Part shown: piece after piece, positions 37,201-47,026 of the stretch
How the letters are laid out: each line of letters begins with the position of its first letter
Position numbering within the stretch: position 1 is the first letter of the stretch
Source: a virus
Taxonomy: Duplodnaviria > Caudoviricetes
Virus record (IMG/VR): IMGVR_UViG_3300037311_000078
Span: 1 to 63,327 of that record
Length of the DNA: 63,327 nucleotides
Direction: 5' to 3' (one strand)
Translations under genes and position numbers: made by a program
Notes under the pieces: model-generated
Told to the model about the DNA's origin: nothing
Seen by the model: the letters and a program-made list of their open reading frames with translations, nothing else
The model's database searches: none

Positions 37201-38572
37201 GCTGCAAAGCGGACTCGATCAACAGTATGCACAAGGATTGATAAGTCAGCAGGACTATAACGCGAGATCAGAGGCGCTTTCCCTTGATCTTGAGCGCCGT
37301 CTACTGGACATACAGACACAAACATTTGTCGCCGAAAAGACACTGATAGCCAATGAGCAGCAAGGCAAACTTGCATTGCTCGCCGCTGGGTACCAATCGG
37401 AGATCGCACAGCTTGACCAGGCGCAACAGGCACGTATTGCAGAGCTTCAATCACAACGTGATTCTGGTGCCATAAATGAGCAGGCGTTCCAACAGGCCGT
37501 AATCGATACGGAGGCCGCATACAAGCAGCAACGTATTGATGCAGAGAGGGAATTCCGGGAAGAGCAGGCGCAGATAATCCAAGATGCTGCACTGGGCATA
37601 ATTCAGACGGAGGCTGAACTGGCAGAGCAGCAACGAGCGATACAAGCCGAAACAGATGCTAAGAAACTGGATTCCATGCGTCGCACCCAGGAGCAAGCGA
37701 TTGCCTTGCAGGGTGCCCAGCTGGATGCAGTTGGTGAATATGTCTCCGGAGTAACCAGGCTGCTATCAGCAGATGAAGCCAACCGGAAAAAGTACGGAGG
37801 TGTGCTAAAGGCGCTGGCCATTGCGGAGATCGCCATCAACCTGCGGCGCGAGTTATCTGCTATATCTCTGGCTGCTATTCAGGCAGGAGCCGCCACGGGT
37901 CCATTTGGATTCCTTGCAGCCGGTGGTATATACGCCGCTCAGTCGGCCGGCGCGATACTGAAGGCTTTCTTCAACACCGCTGCTGTATTGTCACAGAAGT
38001 TCAAATATGGCGGCACAATACCAACGGATGAATCGGTAGGTGCTGAGGGTGGTAGTATCCCTTCTGGCTCCGGAATTATAAGCGGGCGCCCTCATAGCCA
38101 GGGTGGCGTTAAGTCTGTGTACAATGGTAGGCTGGTTGAGTTTGAGGGTGGTGAGTACCATTTGCGTAACGGCGCAGAGACATATATCATCAACAAGAAA
38201 TCCACATCTAAATTCAGGGATGCCCTACTAAGGATTTCGGACAAGCCCGGAACGTTCAGCCGCCGCCGCAAAGAACTTGCAAGCCAGATCAACGCGCACA
38301 AAGGATGGGGCAAGACATTCAAGTATGCGCAAGGTGGAGTGCTTGACGTGAACCCGCTTTCTGCCCCACAGGTGCAGGGTTCCGGATCGATCATAATAAA
38401 TGCAGCGAGCCGTGATGATGTGAACGCAGTGCTTGCGCTTGCATCCAGCGCCATCGCTATGGCCGAGGCGGCAAACAACCGCATTGATAATATCCAAGTC
38501 ATCAATAATCCGCTCGAAACTTTAGACGCTGGATCCGCAGCGGCTGAGGTTCGGAGCGTTAGAAACCTTTAA
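34217..38572 (+). CDS. tail tape measure protein
   Basis: 1451 aa helical Ala/Gln-rich; RNVGNY, AERGSTA core; C-terminal GRPHSQGG..EGGE. Confidence 0.92.
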   Translation: MGQERVISMRLKLKGEQAVIDSLQEVNETLSKSGSFLKDIDTKSRALDNMTKRLQAMAKELESVNRRLDAARSGTGSGNAANLETQQKKLTAEIKNTTAATVNLRKELAGVQQGSQAYTDLVRKIAQTKVEQKLLNDQIREQQREFERTKVAAGSYRDLDLVLQGLRAKYKLLGEAQRESAQGKELLTQIGTLDAKLKELDKGIGVYTRNVGNYASAFDGFVGVATRLGAVLGVTLGATTFIEANDKVSDSVADVAKTANISIEAVRKFQEELKGRDTRTTLVDQLGIAEIGGQLGVVEDQLLDFTKATDIVTVALKDEFGGSVQEVTKQVATLRNVIPGLKTDDVGADILKIGNALNFLSAEGNATSPVIADFVNRLSGVAGPLNISAASVFGLATTLDELGISAERGSTAAQNALFGIAAAPQKFAALAGKSVKEFTALVEQDLVKALGLVSKGAQESTEKNTEFVKLLDELGISGVREIETFGKLGGAYETLTKRIDQAGKALEETASVTQEFEKKNNTFAASIDKLQNSIINLTVNTDFQDFLSTGINLVADFVNGLALLPKIIKENQTELAALTLAILAFNREQVIATIGTIKQSAAYLLLTDATRRQAVAQGIMNSVMKALPLLAVIGVVYAAVKAYQALTATTDAAALAAKKVSAAQKEIADETGKEAGALARNIEILKSAASSTQDRANAINALREAYPEYLEGMDLEKASVEQLTNLQTRLTDEIIRSAAERRKSAAQDEVVSRIIEKQLRISAIQRGGQGEVSLSEQVRLGNGGTDIKANVAQVVTGLQAELQTLQKEFQETGRQFDEAFGLRKTGTENIAASAGSDIINERKVVNKQLSDLDKQRTDEEKKRIEELAKKRLEDERRAAENIFKLQQELIAKTFEGRKQLARNETGSAISALVGTPQQIEAQKKLLEQKLAQTIDEIEKERKAAEDRALADIEAFKLEAARRAAESSVGSIGNQREAVRNVGAIDEFKAKSDTTALQSGLDQQYAQGLISQQDYNARSEALSLDLERRLLDIQTQTFVAEKTLIANEQQGKLALLAAGYQSEIAQLDQAQQARIAELQSQRDSGAINEQAFQQAVIDTEAAYKQQRIDAEREFREEQAQIIQDAALGIIQTEAELAEQQRAIQAETDAKKLDSMRRTQEQAIALQGAQLDAVGEYVSGVTRLLSADEANRKKYGGVLKALAIAEIAINLRRELSAISLAAIQAGAATGPFGFLAAGGIYAAQSAGAILKAFFNTAAVLSQKFKYGGTIPTDESVGAEGGSIPSGSGIISGRPHSQGGVKSVYNGRLVEFEGGEYHLRNGAETYIINKKSTSKFRDALLRISDKPGTFSRRRKELASQINAHKGWGKTFKYAQGGVLDVNPLSAPQVQGSGSIIINAASRDDVNAVLALASSAIAMAEAANNRIDNIQVINNPLETLDAGSAAAEVRSVRNL

Positions 38573-38581
38573 TCTCATGGT

Positions 38582-38794
38582 ATGGTAGCGAACATTCAGA
38601 AAAAATCGGTGAAGCTTCACAAAATTCCACCAGGCGAACATGCCGATATGAAACAGGCCTTTGATAATGGCGAATGGTTCTGGCTCATCAAGAAGTGGAA
38701 TGAGTACACCGTTACATCAACGAAGCTGTGTGCCACATGCCCGGACAGCATCAAGGTTGTTAAGCATTACCTTCCTGACCTATGGGCGCAGTAA
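38582..38794 (+). CDS. hypothetical protein
   Basis: operon ORF. Confidence 0.5.
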   Translation: MVANIQKKSVKLHKIPPGEHADMKQAFDNGEWFWLIKKWNEYTVTSTKLCATCPDSIKVVKHYLPDLWAQ

Positions 38795-39081
38795 ACCTGA
38801 ATGAAATTGCCGCCCAGGGTAGAACGGCTACCCGTGACGAATTGAACAGTTTGTTCAAACAATTCGTTTGTGAGACCACATGTATCAGGGTTGTGAGGCT
38901 CATGGATGAGTCTGAGTTAAAGAGGTTGCTGGCATTACATTTGTTCGATCTCAATGTAGTACAGTATAATCGTAACAGAGGACTGATAATGTGTCAACTC
39001 AGGCTTGTTCTGGGCGTCTCAAAGACAACTATGTACCGGTGGTTTCCGGCAAGTGAGTACAAAGGCGTTCAGGTCGAGTGA
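38782..39081 (+). CDS. hypothetical protein with C-terminal HTH-like motif
   Basis: LGVSKTTMYRW. Confidence 0.55.
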   Translation: MGAVNLNEIAAQGRTATRDELNSLFKQFVCETTCIRVVRLMDESELKRLLALHLFDLNVVQYNRNRGLIMCQLRLVLGVSKTTMYRWFPASEYKGVQVE

Positions 39082-39126
39082 ATTGTTCCCAATGTCGGGA
39101 CATAATAATCACACGCTTTTTTCGCC

Positions 39127-39468
39127 ATGCCCAAGTACTTAGACGACTTCAACCGTATTATCGACTCATCCTCTGTGGCCGTGCTTTCCGGTCTCAGTCG
39201 AGTGTTATTTATGCAGGCCAATGACTATAAAGCGCGCATTACGACGTTTATAGCATCGGTATGCTTTGGACTTGTTACTGGCATAGTTACCGGAAACATT
39301 GAATCGCTGAATGGATGGCGCGATATAATCGTGGCAATTGCAGCGCTGGCAGCCAAGGAGATCATTGAATACCTGTCGGCGAAGATGAAGGACCCATTGA
39401 GATTTTATTCCGACATTCGCAACATCAAAAACAATGACAAATCAACTGATGAACCCAAGTCTGATTAA
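39127..39468 (+). CDS. putative holin
   Basis: small, 2-3 TMs, charged C-terminus. Confidence 0.55.
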   Translation: MPKYLDDFNRIIDSSSVAVLSGLSRVLFMQANDYKARITTFIASVCFGLVTGIVTGNIESLNGWRDIIVAIAALAAKEIIEYLSAKMKDPLRFYSDIRNIKNNDKSTDEPKSD

Positions 39469-39721
39469 CGCCGTTGGCTGCCTCGCAGCTGCCATATACT
39501 TGGCCATATCCATGAAGAATACACACCGGGATGATGCAGACAAGATGCTGCTTAATTTCGAGTGGTCACTTCTCGCGTCACTCATATTGATCGGCCTCGA
39601 TCAACTTCGAGATGTCATTAACCTGCTCGGCGGCATACCATCTTTGGCCTCGTTTGGAGTTACCGTTATGTGGATTTCTTCCATTCTGTTCTCACGCCAT
39701 TTGAAGGTAGCGTACAGATAA
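39434..39721 (+). CDS. small membrane protein
   Basis: 3 hydrophobic segments. Confidence 0.55.
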   Translation: MTNQLMNPSLINAVGCLAAAIYLAISMKNTHRDDADKMLLNFEWSLLASLILIGLDQLRDVINLLGGIPSLASFGVTVMWISSILFSRHLKVAYR

Positions 39722-39780
39722 CTTCCCACTTACGGGAAGAATTGAAAGCAAAGGCACGACTGTTGTTTCACCTTTGCACC

Positions 39781-41157
39781 ATGACGGTTATCAATAAATC
39801 CACCAGGCCAATTCCAAAGGCGAGCTTCGGTAAGCGTGCTGTAGTAGCGCTTGACCGCGCTGGCAATCAGGTTGAGAACATCTCGCCTGCGATGAACCTT
39901 GCTGGTGGAACTGTCAACATAATGATATTCGGGGAAATCTCCGAATGGTGGGGCGTCAACAAGTCCGATGTTTACTGGGCGCTCAAAGATCGTCAGGTCA
40001 GTCAGATCAACGTTTTTATATCCTCCCCAGGTGGTGAAGTTGACGAGGCATTCGTGATCCACGATATGCTGGCCGGTCACCCGGCGAATGTCACCGCTTA
40101 CCTGGTAGGGCAATGCGCATCAGCAGCAACCATCATTTCATGTTCGGCAAACGAAGTTCTTATGAGCGCTCAATGCCTGTTCATGATCCACAAGCCAACG
40201 TGGTTCCAATGGGGCGATGCCGAATCGCTACGTAAAGGTGCCGATATCCTGGACAAATACCAGAGCCTTATCATCGGCGTGTACAAGCGCAAAACCGGAA
40301 TGCCGGATGATCGCCTGAATGAGTTGATGAATGCAGAAACCTGGTTCGAGCCAAGCGAAGCGCTTGCCCTTGGATTCGTTGACCAGATCGTTGACAACAT
40401 CGAGGTTGACTTCCTGCTGCCCACAACCGGCGTAAACAATCCTAATGAAGAAATGGACGGAATCTTTGATTCCGCTCGATCTTATACCGATGCAGCTACA
40501 CTTGCATTGGAGCATAACCTGCGGCCTGCAAACAAGGCTGACATCTCAAAATTTGTCAATAAACGTAAGAACAAAGCCATGAACGAATTTTTCAAAGGCA
40601 TCCTGAATTTCCTGAACGGTAAAGGCGCCCTCGCTCCAAATACCAATGTTGACACCCTTGCCGATGACATGGCTGCCAACGAGGCCCTTAACACCGCGGC
40701 TGAAAACGAAACGGTAAACAACGCCGTGAAAAAAGCCGTTGCCAATCTGCAACCAACTGCGATCACCATGGAAGGTGTGCTCAACATGGTCGAAAAAGCC
40801 TCTGATGAGGACAAGGCCAAACTGGCAAAAGCGCTGAACCTGGAACCGGTTGCCGACAAGGCGAGTGACGAAGAAACTGATGAAGGTGGTGGATCCATCA
40901 CGGAGGACGTTGTTATGACGCTCACAACCAAGGTCAATGACCTGATCGCTGAAATCGCAAACCTGAAAAAGCCTGGTTCCGTATCATCGCCGACCAACGG
41001 GGGCAAGCCTACAGGTGATAAACCTACTGGCAAAGAGGCCAAAATCAGCGACCACAAAAAGAAAATCGCCCTTGACTCTTTCCGTGCGGGCAAGATCAAC
41101 GCCGAAATGTACACCAAGATCACAGGCGAGGAGCCACCGGTGCGGGAGCGCAAGTAA
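39781..41157 (+). CDS. ClpP-like prohead protease with C-terminal scaffold region
   Basis: ISSPGGEV, CASAAT, FMIHKP, AETWF..EA..LGFVD. Confidence 0.9.
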   Translation: MTVINKSTRPIPKASFGKRAVVALDRAGNQVENISPAMNLAGGTVNIMIFGEISEWWGVNKSDVYWALKDRQVSQINVFISSPGGEVDEAFVIHDMLAGHPANVTAYLVGQCASAATIISCSANEVLMSAQCLFMIHKPTWFQWGDAESLRKGADILDKYQSLIIGVYKRKTGMPDDRLNELMNAETWFEPSEALALGFVDQIVDNIEVDFLLPTTGVNNPNEEMDGIFDSARSYTDAATLALEHNLRPANKADISKFVNKRKNKAMNEFFKGILNFLNGKGALAPNTNVDTLADDMAANEALNTAAENETVNNAVKKAVANLQPTAITMEGVLNMVEKASDEDKAKLAKALNLEPVADKASDEETDEGGGSITEDVVMTLTTKVNDLIAEIANLKKPGSVSSPTNGGKPTGDKPTGKEAKISDHKKKIALDSFRAGKINAEMYTKITGEEPPVRERK

Positions 41158-41216
41158 GTTACCTGCGTCCAAACTTTGTAATTCACCAATAGCATTCATC
41201 TCAAACAAAATATAGC

Positions 41217-42374
41217 ATGGAACCTATTATCCTGCTCGACCTCGACACCCATGATGCCAACGCGCTGGTGCTTGAGCCTGCATTCAACTACGACAATGTG
41301 TTCCAGCGCAACCTGGGCGTGTACAAATTTGAAATTGGTAAGACCAAATTCAAGATGACGCACTTGTCGCGCCCGACCAATGTCCTGCAACCAAAAACCG
41401 GTTGCGATGACTGGAACCCAACTGTCAACTTCTCCCTTCGCCCTTACGAGATAGACAGCGTAGAGTACGAGCTCAACGGCCAGCAATGCCCTGATGAATT
41501 CGATGAAGCCTGCGCACGCAACCTCAAGGAATCAAGCGATGAAGTTGATCGTCTTGGCGCAACCATTGATGCAATAGAAATGGCAATGGCCATGCAGACC
41601 CGCGCTGCTATCGTTGACAGCACTTTCAAAATCGCATGGTTCGGCAACACCACCTTTGGTGCTGAGGTTACGGCTGGCGCATATAACCTGAGCGCATTGC
41701 CGCTGAAGGAGCGCACGAAGCTTACCAATATGCTGGAGCATCAGAACGGTTGGTGGAGCGAGATCAAAGCCCGCGTAAGCCTGTCTACCGAATACGGCAA
41801 AGTCCGTTACGTGGACACCAACGACGGCACCGCAGATGGCAACGCTACCGACCCTGGAAATATCGCAGACTACCTGCGCCAGATGCGCCTTTCCGCACAC
41901 CCGATCCTCCAATTCTGGAACCTCAACCGCCCGCGCACCGAGTGGCCGGTATATATGTTGCAGCGTGGATTGTTCCAGGCCCTGATCACATACTACCAAT
42001 CCCTCGGCACCGAAATGGCAAACCAGCTGATCCTTGATGGATTACCTGTACCAAACGCCACCACATTCGACGGGTACCCAGTATTGCTCATGCCTGAATG
42101 GGATATGTTCGACTACGAAACCGGAAACATCGACGCCACCAGCGGCCAGTCCAAAAAGCAGCGCGCGATCTTCACCGCAGGTATGAACTTGTGTGGCGTT
42201 GCCCATTTCCGTTCGCTCGATGGACGTCCTGAATCCGCATTGGCTATCCAGAAAAGCCCACTGTTGAAAGACAAAGGCAAGTCCTGGATGTACGCATCAA
42301 TGGGCATCGGCTTCGGTCTTGCACAACCTATCCTGCTCGTTGCTGGGTACAACAGTTCTGACTCCTACGTGTAG
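41217..42374 (+). CDS. major capsid protein
   Basis: 385 aa directly after protease/scaffold; strongly biased codons; KIAWFG motif. Confidence 0.75.
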   Translation: MEPIILLDLDTHDANALVLEPAFNYDNVFQRNLGVYKFEIGKTKFKMTHLSRPTNVLQPKTGCDDWNPTVNFSLRPYEIDSVEYELNGQQCPDEFDEACARNLKESSDEVDRLGATIDAIEMAMAMQTRAAIVDSTFKIAWFGNTTFGAEVTAGAYNLSALPLKERTKLTNMLEHQNGWWSEIKARVSLSTEYGKVRYVDTNDGTADGNATDPGNIADYLRQMRLSAHPILQFWNLNRPRTEWPVYMLQRGLFQALITYYQSLGTEMANQLILDGLPVPNATTFDGYPVLLMPEWDMFDYETGNIDATSGQSKKQRAIFTAGMNLCGVAHFRSLDGRPESALAIQKSPLLKDKGKSWMYASMGIGFGLAQPILLVAGYNSSDSYV

Positions 42375-42436
42375 TAGTCGGCACATGAATTAACGGGCCA
42401 CAAAGCCCATATCGATCATTCGCAAAAACATTCGTT

Positions 42437-42985
42437 ATGTCTGTCATAACTCCCATCTTGCGTTCTGCTTGCCCAAAGGCTCGGGCTGGTATCAGTGTTT
42501 TGTGGGCGATTAACTGTGCCGACGTCGCAACCCTGACGTTTAACGTTGATCGCGAAATCACCGCAATAACGCTGGTAGTTGCCACGCCTACGAAAAAGTG
42601 GTACCGCATCGAATTCGAGAAGGATACGGCCTTCTTCAACCAGGAGAAAACCCGTAACAAATCGGCGATCTCTGTTCGTCAGCAAGTTCAATTCATTGAG
42701 CCAGGCCTTGGCACTGCGGTGCGAAACGCCCTCGAAGATTTGAACGGCAACTGCTGTGTACATGCGATCATCCGCGACAACTCGAACAACTACCACTATG
42801 CTGGCATCAGCTTCAATGCAGAAGATGACGAGTGGTATTCAGAAGATATGCGCACCGGAGCAGGCTCTTCCAACACCAACACCGATCCAGCAGCCGACCA
42901 GGCTGAATACACGGAGACGTTGGAGTGCAATGCCCTGTTCTACGCACCATTCTGGACACTCGGAGAGGGCGGCATCACAGTGTAA
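42437..42985 (+). CDS. putative major tail tube protein
   Basis: C....GI..W N-terminus, IEFEK.TA.F.QE, AIIRD.N..Y..G; position. Confidence 0.6.
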   Translation: MSVITPILRSACPKARAGISVLWAINCADVATLTFNVDREITAITLVVATPTKKWYRIEFEKDTAFFNQEKTRNKSAISVRQQVQFIEPGLGTAVRNALEDLNGNCCVHAIIRDNSNNYHYAGISFNAEDDEWYSEDMRTGAGSSNTNTDPAADQAEYTETLECNALFYAPFWTLGEGGITV

Positions 42986-43039
42986 ACTTCTGTTTGGGCA
43001 GGCTATTATTGGCCCGCCCAAACTCAATTTTTCCCAAAC

Positions 43040-43321
43040 ATGGATAACAGCAACATCAATCAAAAGGCTGACGCACCGGCGCCAGTATCGGCTACAAAGG
43101 GCTTCTCTCTGGTGAATCCCGGAGGGTTCATTACTATCTACAAGGTTGGCAAAAAAACTAAGTTCCTTAACCATGACAATAAGGAAGTTCAGTATCTTGA
43201 CCAAAAGATTGAACCTGCAACCCAGGATCAATTAAAAGAGGTCTATGATGCTGATGCGTCGTATGTCACCATTGTTAAAGCTCCTGCAGGCTACGAAGCC
43301 CCATGGAACAAAAAGAAGTAA
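43040..43321 (+). CDS. hypothetical protein
   Basis: ORF after hairpin 42993-43022. Confidence 0.55.
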   Translation: MDNSNINQKADAPAPVSATKGFSLVNPGGFITIYKVGKKTKFLNHDNKEVQYLDQKIEPATQDQLKEVYDADASYVTIVKAPAGYEAPWNKKK

Positions 43322-43327
43322 TGAGTT

Positions 43328-44698
43328 ATGTCTACAGACTTGGAGCCTATTGACCTCGATTGCGAGGTTTGCGGGGATGATGTTAGCCCTAAGAAGCTGA
43401 TGTCTAAGCGCCGGGCGACGAGATCATTTGGCGACATTACAGACCCAATTGAAGAAGAACTTCGGGATCCTGATAGGGCCTCGATGATCTACGCCCAAAT
43501 ACCGATAGTACCGTTCTTTGACAACAGTGATGCAACGCTGCGCGTGATGCGCAGAATGCGCGAACTTTCTCCAACCCACTCATCATGTATCTCCAATATC
43601 AAGGAGTATGTGTTTGGCGGTGAGCTGACGATCAGGAATTATGTGGAGCCAGGTATGGCGTTTGATAGCGCTAATGATCAGGGGATATCGGATGCCGAAC
43701 AGGCAGAGTATATCACATTTATCAAATCGCTGAATCCAAATATCACATTCGGTCAGTTGCTCGATGTGGCAAAGGGTATCTATGAGAACCTGAAAACCTA
43801 TGGCAACGGGTTCTTAAGAGTGGACGCGGTTAGAGTTGCCGGCCAATGGTTTTTCTACTTTGAAAGCCTTGACGCTGAAAAGTGCAGGTATTTTGCCACG
43901 GATCGAAACGATCCTGACATACTTGTGATTTCTGCCGAGTGGACTTCCAGGTACATATCAAAGAACCCTCCTGAATTCATCAGCACCTTTCCGAACTGGT
44001 CAGAGTATGATGACGGAAGGATGAGCACGGTAATCCACGTTAAAAACAAAGTGGTAGGCCGTGATTGGTATGGGCTTCCAGAATCCTTTGGCTCGCTCTA
44101 CTGGCAATACCTGGAGGTGCAACAAGGTCAGCACGGCACAAGTGGCTATGCGAACGACTTCATTGCCCGGGTGTTCTTCGAGATTACAGCAGAGCCCGAT
44201 GCAGATGGTGATGAGGATGATTTTGACAGTGCTGTAGAAAGGACGTTCACAAACCAGGCCGGAAAGTATGGAGAGAACCCGCGGCGGTTTATCATTCGGC
44301 GCCGTCTACCTGACGACAAAGAAGCGACCGTGCACGAGTTCAAGGCGAACACTGAGCACGAGTACCATACGAGCATGGGAAGCCTTGCCGAAAGGCAGGT
44401 TATAAAATCCCACAACTGGCACTCGCTTTTGATGGGTACGCCTACAGCTGGCAAACTTGGCCAGTCACAGGAGTTCAAAGAGGTGTATCGACAGTACTTC
44501 AACAATGTTATCCGCCCATGGCAGGAGCGTTGTCTGAGGCCGCTGATCGAAGCGATTCAAGCCTGTGAGTTTATCCGGTTCGGAAAGAAGGATATTACCA
44601 CCAGGTTGTCACTCGGGTTGTTCAACCTGTATGAGGAGTACCTGAAAACAGAAGATCCCGCACAACCTAAAGCAACGAACGATGGCCCTGACGTATGA
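43328..44698 (+). CDS. portal protein
   Basis: SPTHSSCI, YGNGFL.V, DWYGLP, VIRPWQ. Confidence 0.8.
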   Translation: MSTDLEPIDLDCEVCGDDVSPKKLMSKRRATRSFGDITDPIEEELRDPDRASMIYAQIPIVPFFDNSDATLRVMRRMRELSPTHSSCISNIKEYVFGGELTIRNYVEPGMAFDSANDQGISDAEQAEYITFIKSLNPNITFGQLLDVAKGIYENLKTYGNGFLRVDAVRVAGQWFFYFESLDAEKCRYFATDRNDPDILVISAEWTSRYISKNPPEFISTFPNWSEYDDGRMSTVIHVKNKVVGRDWYGLPESFGSLYWQYLEVQQGQHGTSGYANDFIARVFFEITAEPDADGDEDDFDSAVERTFTNQAGKYGENPRRFIIRRRLPDDKEATVHEFKANTEHEYHTSMGSLAERQVIKSHNWHSLLMGTPTAGKLGQSQEFKEVYRQYFNNVIRPWQERCLRPLIEAIQACEFIRFGKKDITTRLSLGLFNLYEEYLKTEDPAQPKATNDGPDV

Positions 44699-45401
44699 AT
44701 TCGGTAGCGTAGATACGCTGATGACACAACAGGAGGTGGTAGACCACGCGCCGGTTGATCCGAATTCTTATGCGGATCAAAGGCTGCCATTCATTGCGAT
44801 GCGCGAGGAAAAGTTATTCAGGAAGTGCCTGGGTATAACGTTCTACAAAACATTGATGGCTGACCGGGTGATATACCGGATGGTATCAGGAACAGGGGTG
44901 ACAGTATATGTGAACTTCAAAGAGGGTACATCCTACTTGATAAACGCCGTGGTCCTGTACAAAAACCGATTGTACAAAGCTAAAGCGGCGACATCAGGAA
45001 CACAGATACCAACGGATGAGTCATACTGGATGATCGCGCCAAAGTTTGTGAGTGACGACCATAATTATCTTTGGGAACGATATTTGCGGACTATACTTGC
45101 GTTCTCAATCTCTAACGATAGTCTGTTTTACAGACTGGTTTCAGATACGGCGCAGGGATTGGTTCAGAAAGAGGAGGAAGGGAAGTTCAAAGCAGTGGCC
45201 ATCAAAGATGCCGGCCGGTTACGGCAAGAGTATCAAACCAATATTGACGATTTGATGGAGACTATGCACGAATTTATGAAGGAGAATAAAGACCTTTACC
45301 CTGACTACGCGCCGCTTACTGATGACTGCGTAAACTGCAATATCAACAAACCTCGTCATTATGGCTTTAACACTCGGAGGAGAAACACATCACTGCGATA
45401 A
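44682..45401 (+). CDS. putative head-tail adaptor
   Basis: follows the portal; LG..FY..L pattern. Confidence 0.5.
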   Translation: MALTYEFGSVDTLMTQQEVVDHAPVDPNSYADQRLPFIAMREEKLFRKCLGITFYKTLMADRVIYRMVSGTGVTVYVNFKEGTSYLINAVVLYKNRLYKAKAATSGTQIPTDESYWMIAPKFVSDDHNYLWERYLRTILAFSISNDSLFYRLVSDTAQGLVQKEEEGKFKAVAIKDAGRLRQEYQTNIDDLMETMHEFMKENKDLYPDYAPLTDDCVNCNINKPRHYGFNTRRRNTSLR

Positions 45402-45657
45402 ACTGAAGGAACTGGCAGACGCTACATCTTTGACGTTGAAGCTGATAGACCAGGGATTTAGATTGCACAAGGTAGATGAGTTTACGGCCGGGTTGAGATT
45501 GACAATTTGCGAAGGATGTGTTGAGGGATGGATACCAGAGGAGCGGCGTTGCGCAAAGTGCTGTTGTCCGATGGACTTCAAAGTAACATTGAAATACGAC
45601 CCCATAAAGGGGATAATGAAAAAAACGCCTATCCAGTGCCCTATTGGGAAATGGTGA
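45361..45657 (+). CDS. Cys-rich Zn-binding protein
   Basis: RL.IC.GC, RC.KC.C, CPIGKW. Confidence 0.65.
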   Translation: MALTLGGETHHCDKLKELADATSLTLKLIDQGFRLHKVDEFTAGLRLTICEGCVEGWIPEERRCAKCCCPMDFKVTLKYDPIKGIMKKTPIQCPIGKW

Positions 45658-45681
45658 GCATCACAATCAAAAATTAATGCA

Positions 45682-46404
45682 ATGATCCTTAAGCGTCTCA
45701 ACCCGAATGCAAGCGCTGATAATGCGCTCAAATTCACCAACTTGAGCGGCCTTTGCTGCGGCGATAAAGGCGCGGCTGTTGTCTGCACTTACACGGCCAC
45801 TCTTGGCAGCATCATCGGCACCACTGCTGTATCTTCTGTCAACATCAACGGAACCACTCACACGCTCGACGGCGCATACCTGGTCAACCAGGAGCGTGAA
45901 CGCGATGCCTTGGTGGACAATATCATCCGCATCATCAACGGCCTCGGATACGATGGGAAAGGAAACGTGACACAAAGCTTTGCGAGCGGCACGATGACAC
46001 TCACCGTTGAGTATTCCGACCTTGAATTTGGATGGCTTTCTACCGACGCCACTCCGTTCATCCCGACAGTTTGCCAGGTTATCGGCGATCCTGTAGCCTT
46101 CGTTGGCACATGCGACGCTGGCGCGGCCATCTACAAATCCGGCACCAACCTGATCGTGAAGCCTTATGCTGCAGGCGCTATCACCAACGTCACGATCAAC
46201 GACGGCGGAGGCGATGTCTACAACGGCGACCTGACCAACGGTACATTCACGGATGCCACGGTGACCGGCACGACAGGAAACAAAACTATCACTGTCGATG
46301 GCGACGCAGGAAACCAGAACTGGTCAGGCACTATCACCTTCACGGTGAGCGTTACCCAGTCCGGATGCGCAGCGTGGACCCGCACTATCAAACTGGTGTA
46401 CTAA
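45682..46404 (+). CDS. structural protein (Thr/Gly-rich, beta-rich)
   Basis: composition and context. Confidence 0.55.
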   Translation: MILKRLNPNASADNALKFTNLSGLCCGDKGAAVVCTYTATLGSIIGTTAVSSVNINGTTHTLDGAYLVNQERERDALVDNIIRIINGLGYDGKGNVTQSFASGTMTLTVEYSDLEFGWLSTDATPFIPTVCQVIGDPVAFVGTCDAGAAIYKSGTNLIVKPYAAGAITNVTINDGGGDVYNGDLTNGTFTDATVTGTTGNKTITVDGDAGNQNWSGTITFTVSVTQSGCAAWTRTIKLVY

Positions 46405-46411
46405 TGTACGG

Positions 46412-47023
46412 ATGAGCATCGCAGCTATTACGCCAATACAAAGCACACTCTGCCCAAATGCGCGCGCCGGATTGGTGGCCATTTGGGCAGTGCCTTGTAT
46501 AGATGTGGCAGACATTTTGATAGATGACGATGGGATGGTTTACAATGTGATCCTGAACGTTGGTGCCGAATGGGTATTGATGGAGTTTGAACCTGATAGC
46601 GCATATCTATTTCAGGAAAAATTGATTGTCCGTGGAAGCTCAAGCTATGTCAAGCAATCAATTTATTTTGAGGTTTGGGGATTGTCTACTGAAGGTAGAA
46701 ATGCCCTTGAGGATTTGAACGGAAACTGCTGCATGAATATAATCGCCCAGGACAAGGCAGGGAATTACCACTACTGTGGCATTTCAAAAACTGAGGAAGG
46801 CGATGCAATTCACGAATGGATGATGACCGGCGATGGATCCAGCGAGACCGGCCAGAACTCGCAGACAGATATTGCCAGGTACACAGAAACGCTGGTTAGC
46901 GTGTGCGAGTTTTACGCGCCGATAACCATTGACCCGAATACAATGGCGCCGTTGTTCTGGAAAAAACCGGACGACAATTTCTGGACAAAACCTGATGACC
47001 AACTCTGGACGATAAAACAATGA
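46412..47023 (+). CDS. paralog of the putative tail tube protein
   Basis: shares CP.ARAG, RNALEDLNGNCC, NYHY.GIS, YTETL, FYAP with 42437..42985. Confidence 0.75.
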   Translation: MSIAAITPIQSTLCPNARAGLVAIWAVPCIDVADILIDDDGMVYNVILNVGAEWVLMEFEPDSAYLFQEKLIVRGSSSYVKQSIYFEVWGLSTEGRNALEDLNGNCCMNIIAQDKAGNYHYCGISKTEEGDAIHEWMMTGDGSSETGQNSQTDIARYTETLVSVCEFYAPITIDPNTMAPLFWKKPDDNFWTKPDDQLWTIKQ

Positions 47024-47026
47024 ACC

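Noticed and set aside
34168-41195. Long minus-strand ORFs (e.g. 35116..35838, 40482..41195)
   Set aside because: Antisense shadows of well-supported plus-strand genes.
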